Assembly (NCBI GenBank): GCA_046563655.1
Contig: CM102290.1
Coordinates: forward strand, 2,232,001-2,296,000
Origin: Yuukianura sp. NJ FZ-2021
Taxonomy: Eukaryota
Reading direction: 5' to 3'
Length of the DNA: 64,000 bases
A program made the translations under genes and the position numbers. The number at the start of each line of letters is the position of its first letter. Position 1 is the stretch's first letter. This document shows, one piece after another, positions 60,620 through 64,000 of this stretch. The notes under the pieces are model-generated. The model was not told the DNA's origin. It searched no databases and worked only from the letters and a program-made list of their open reading frames with translations.

Positions 60620-63600
60620 TTTCAAATTTCAAAACGTTAAAAATTTAGTAGGAAAATCACTCTTTTTAAATAACATAATTCCAAATTCCAAAAAGTTAAA
60701 AGTTTAGTAGGAAAATCACTCTTTTTAAATAACATAATTCCAAATTCCAAAAAGTTAAAAGTTTAGTAGGAAAATCACTCTTTTTAAATAACATAATTCC
60801 AAATTCCAAAAAGTTAAAAGTTTAGTAGGAAAATCACTCTTTTTAAATAACATAATTCCAAATTCCAAAAAGTTAAAATTTTAGTAGGAAAATCACTCTT
60901 TTTAAATAACATAATTCCAAATTCCAAAAAGTTAAAAGTTTAGTAGGAAAATCACTTTTTTTAAATAACATAATTCCAAATTCCAAAAAGTTAAAAGTTT
61001 AGTAGGAAAATCACTTTTTTTAAATAACATAATTCCAAATTCCAAAAAGTTAAAAGTTTAGTAGGAAAATCACTCTTTTTAAATAACATAATTCCAAATT
61101 CCAAAAAGTTAAAAGTTTAGTAGGAAAATCACTTTTTTTAAATACCATAATTCCAAATTCCAAAAAGTTAAAAGTTTAGTAGGAAAATCACTCTTTTTAA
61201 ATAACATAATTCCAAATTCCAAAAAGTTAAAAGTTTAGTAGGAAAATCACTCTTTTTAAATAACATAATTCCAAATTCTAAAAAGTTAAAAGTTTAGTAG
61301 GAAAATCACTCTTTTTAAATAACATAATTCCAAATTCCAAAAAGTTAAAAGTTTAGTAGGAAAATCACTCTTTTTAAATAACATAATTCCAAATTCCAAA
61401 AAGTTAAAAGTTTAGTAGGAAAATCACTCTTTTTAAATAACATAATTCCAAATTCCAAAAAGTTAAAAGTTTAGTAGGAAAATCACTTTTTTTAAATACC
61501 ATAATTCCAAATTCCAAAAAGTTAAAAGTTTAGTAGGAAAATCACTCTTTTTAAATAACATAATTCCAAATTCCAAAAAGTTAAAAGTTTAGTAGGAAAA
61601 TCACTCTTTTTAAATAACATAATTCCAAATTCTAAAAAGTTAAAAGTTTAGTAGGAAAATCACTCTTTTTAAATAACATAATTCCAAATTCCAAAAAGTT
61701 AAAAGTTTAGTAGGAAAATCACTTTTTTTAAATAACATAATTCCAAATTCCAAAAAGTTAAAAGTTTAGTAGGAAAATCACTTTTTTTAAATAACATAAT
61801 TCCAAATTCCAAAAAGTTAAAAGTTTAGTAGGAAAATCACTTTTTTTAAATAACATAATTCCAAATTCCAAAAAGTTAAAAGTTTAGTAGGAAAATCACT
61901 CTTTTTAAATAACATAATTCCAAATTCCAAAAAGTTAAAAGTTTAGTAGGAAAATCACTTTTTTTAAATAACATAATTCCAAATTCCAAAAAGTTAAAAG
62001 TTTAGTAGGAAAATCACTTTTTTTAAATAACATAATTCCAAATTCCAAAAAGTTAAAAGTTTAGTAGGAAAATCACTTTTTTTAAATAACATAATTCCAA
62101 ATTCCAAAAAGTTAAAAGTTTAGTAGGAAAATCACTTTTTTAAATACCATAATTCCAAATTCCAAAAAGTTAAAAGTTTAGTAGGAAAATCACTCTTTTT
62201 AAATAACATAATTCCAAATTCCAAAAAGTTAAAAGTTTAGTAGGAAAATCACTTTTTTTAAATACCATAATTCCAAATTCCAAAAAGTTAAAAGTTTAGT
62301 AGGAAAATCACTCTTTTTAAATAACATAATTCCAAATTCCAAAAAGTTAAAAGTTTAGTAGGAAAATCACTTTTTTTAAATACCATAATTCCAAATTCCA
62401 AAAAGTTAAAAGTTTAGTAGGAAAATCACTCTTTTTAAATAACATAATTCCAAATTCCAAAAAGTTAAAAGTTTAGTAGGAAAATCACTCTTTTTAAATA
62501 ACATAATTCCAAATTCTAAAAAGTTAAAAGTTTAGTAGGAAAATCACTCTTTTTAAATACCATAATTCCAAATTCCAAAAAGTTAAAAGTTTAGTAGGAA
62601 AATCACTCTTTTTAAATAACATAATTCCAAATTCCAAAAAGTTAAAAGTTTAGTAGGAAAATCACTCTTTTTAAATAACATAATTCCAAATTCCAAAAAG
62701 TTAAAAGTTTAGTAGGAAAATCACTCTTTTTAAATAACATAATTCCAAATTCCAAAAAGTTAAAAGTTTAGTAGGAAAATCACTCTTTTTAAATAACATA
62801 ATTCCAAATTCCAAAAAGTTAAAAGTTTAGTAGGAAAATCACTCTTTTTAAATAACATAATTCCAAATTCCAAAAAGTTAAAAGTTTAGTAGGAAAATCA
62901 CTCTTTTTAAATAACATAATTCCAAATTCCAAAAAGTTAAAAGTTTAGTAGGAAAATCACTCTTTTTAAATAACATAATTCCAAATTCTAAAGAGTTAAA
63001 AGTTTAGTAGGAAAATCACTCTTTTTAAATAACATAATTCCAAATTCCAAAAAGTTAAAAGTTTAGTAGGAAAATCACTCTTTTTAAATAACATAATTCC
63101 AAATTCCAAAAAGTTAAAAGTTTAGTAGGAAAATCACTTTTTTTAAATAACATAATTCCAAATTCCAAAAAGTTAAAAGTTTAGTAGGAAAATCACTTTT
63201 TTTAAATAACATAATTCCAAATTCCAAAAAGTTAAAATTTTAGTAGGAAAATCACTCTTTTTAAATAACATAATTCCAAATTCCAAAAAGTTAAAAGTTT
63301 AGTAGGAAAATCACTCTTTTTAAATAACATAATTCCAAATTCCAAAAAGTTAAAAGTTTAGTAGGAAAATCACTTTTTTTAAATAACATAATTCCAAATT
63401 CCAAAAAGTTAAAAGTTTAGTAGGAAAATCACTTTTTTTAAATAACATAATTCCAAATTCCAAAAAGTTAAAAGTTTAGTAGGAAAATCACTCTTTTTAA
63501 ATAACATAATTCCAAATTCCAAAAAGTTAAAAGTTTAGTAGGAAAATCACTCTTTTTAAATAACATAATTCCAAATTCTAAAAAGTTAAAAGTTTAGTAG

Positions 63601-64000
63601 GAAAATCACTCTTTTTAAATAACATAATTCCAAATTCCAAAAAGTTAAAAGTTTAGTAGGAAAATCACTCTTTTTAAATAACATAATTCCAAATTCCAAA
63701 AAGTTAAAAGTTTAGTAGGAAAATCACTCTTTTTAAATAACATAATTCCAAATTCCAAAAAGTTAAAAGTTTAGTAGGAAAATCACTCTTTTTAAATAAC
63801 ATAATTCCAAATTCCAAAAAGTTAAAAGTTTAGTAGGAAAATCACTCTTTTTAAATAACATAATTCCAAATTCCAAAAAGTTAAAAGTTTAGTAGGAAAA
63901 TCACTCTTTTTAAATAACATAATTCCAAATTCCAAAAAGTTAAAAGTTTAGTAGGAAAATCACTCTTTTTAAATAACATAATTCCAAATTCTAAAGAGTT
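60620..64000. repeat. 59-bp AT-rich satellite array, about 57 copies, running off the window end
   Basis: Unit aaagttaaaagtttagtaggaaaatcactctttttaaataacataattccaaattccaa; the register shifts 1 nt per 60-nt line. Confidence 0.98.

Overview
Eukaryotic, intron-containing, AT-rich genomic DNA. The gene set and protein motifs suggest an arthropod; the species cannot be identified from sequence alone. The left half (about 1-32 kb) is one large + strand gene with long introns encoding a CNG-channel-like (CNGL-type) cyclic nucleotide-gated channel with a very long low-complexity C-terminal tail. A 318-bp doubly palindromic tandem array (about 32.3-35.2 kb) separates it from a compact block of five minus-strand genes with mostly short introns: UBE3B, MTO1, OSBP, ataxin-2 and UNC-119. 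The window ends in a 59-bp satellite array. Several non-autonomous DNA elements are present, including a hAT-like element with a perfect 8-bp target-site duplication that carries a 35-bp palindromic minisatellite and is nested in an older inverted-repeat element. The most notable observations are a frame-preserving 30-nt microexon candidate in the channel N-terminus, at least 12 exact AAGTGAAAGT (Blimp-1/PRDM1-like) motifs plus two EcRE-like IR1 elements in the channel locus, and a UBE3B that appears to lack its N-terminal IQ motif. I found no prokaryotic-type system and cannot claim a wholly new biological system. Exon coordinates were read by eye and may be off by a few bases.
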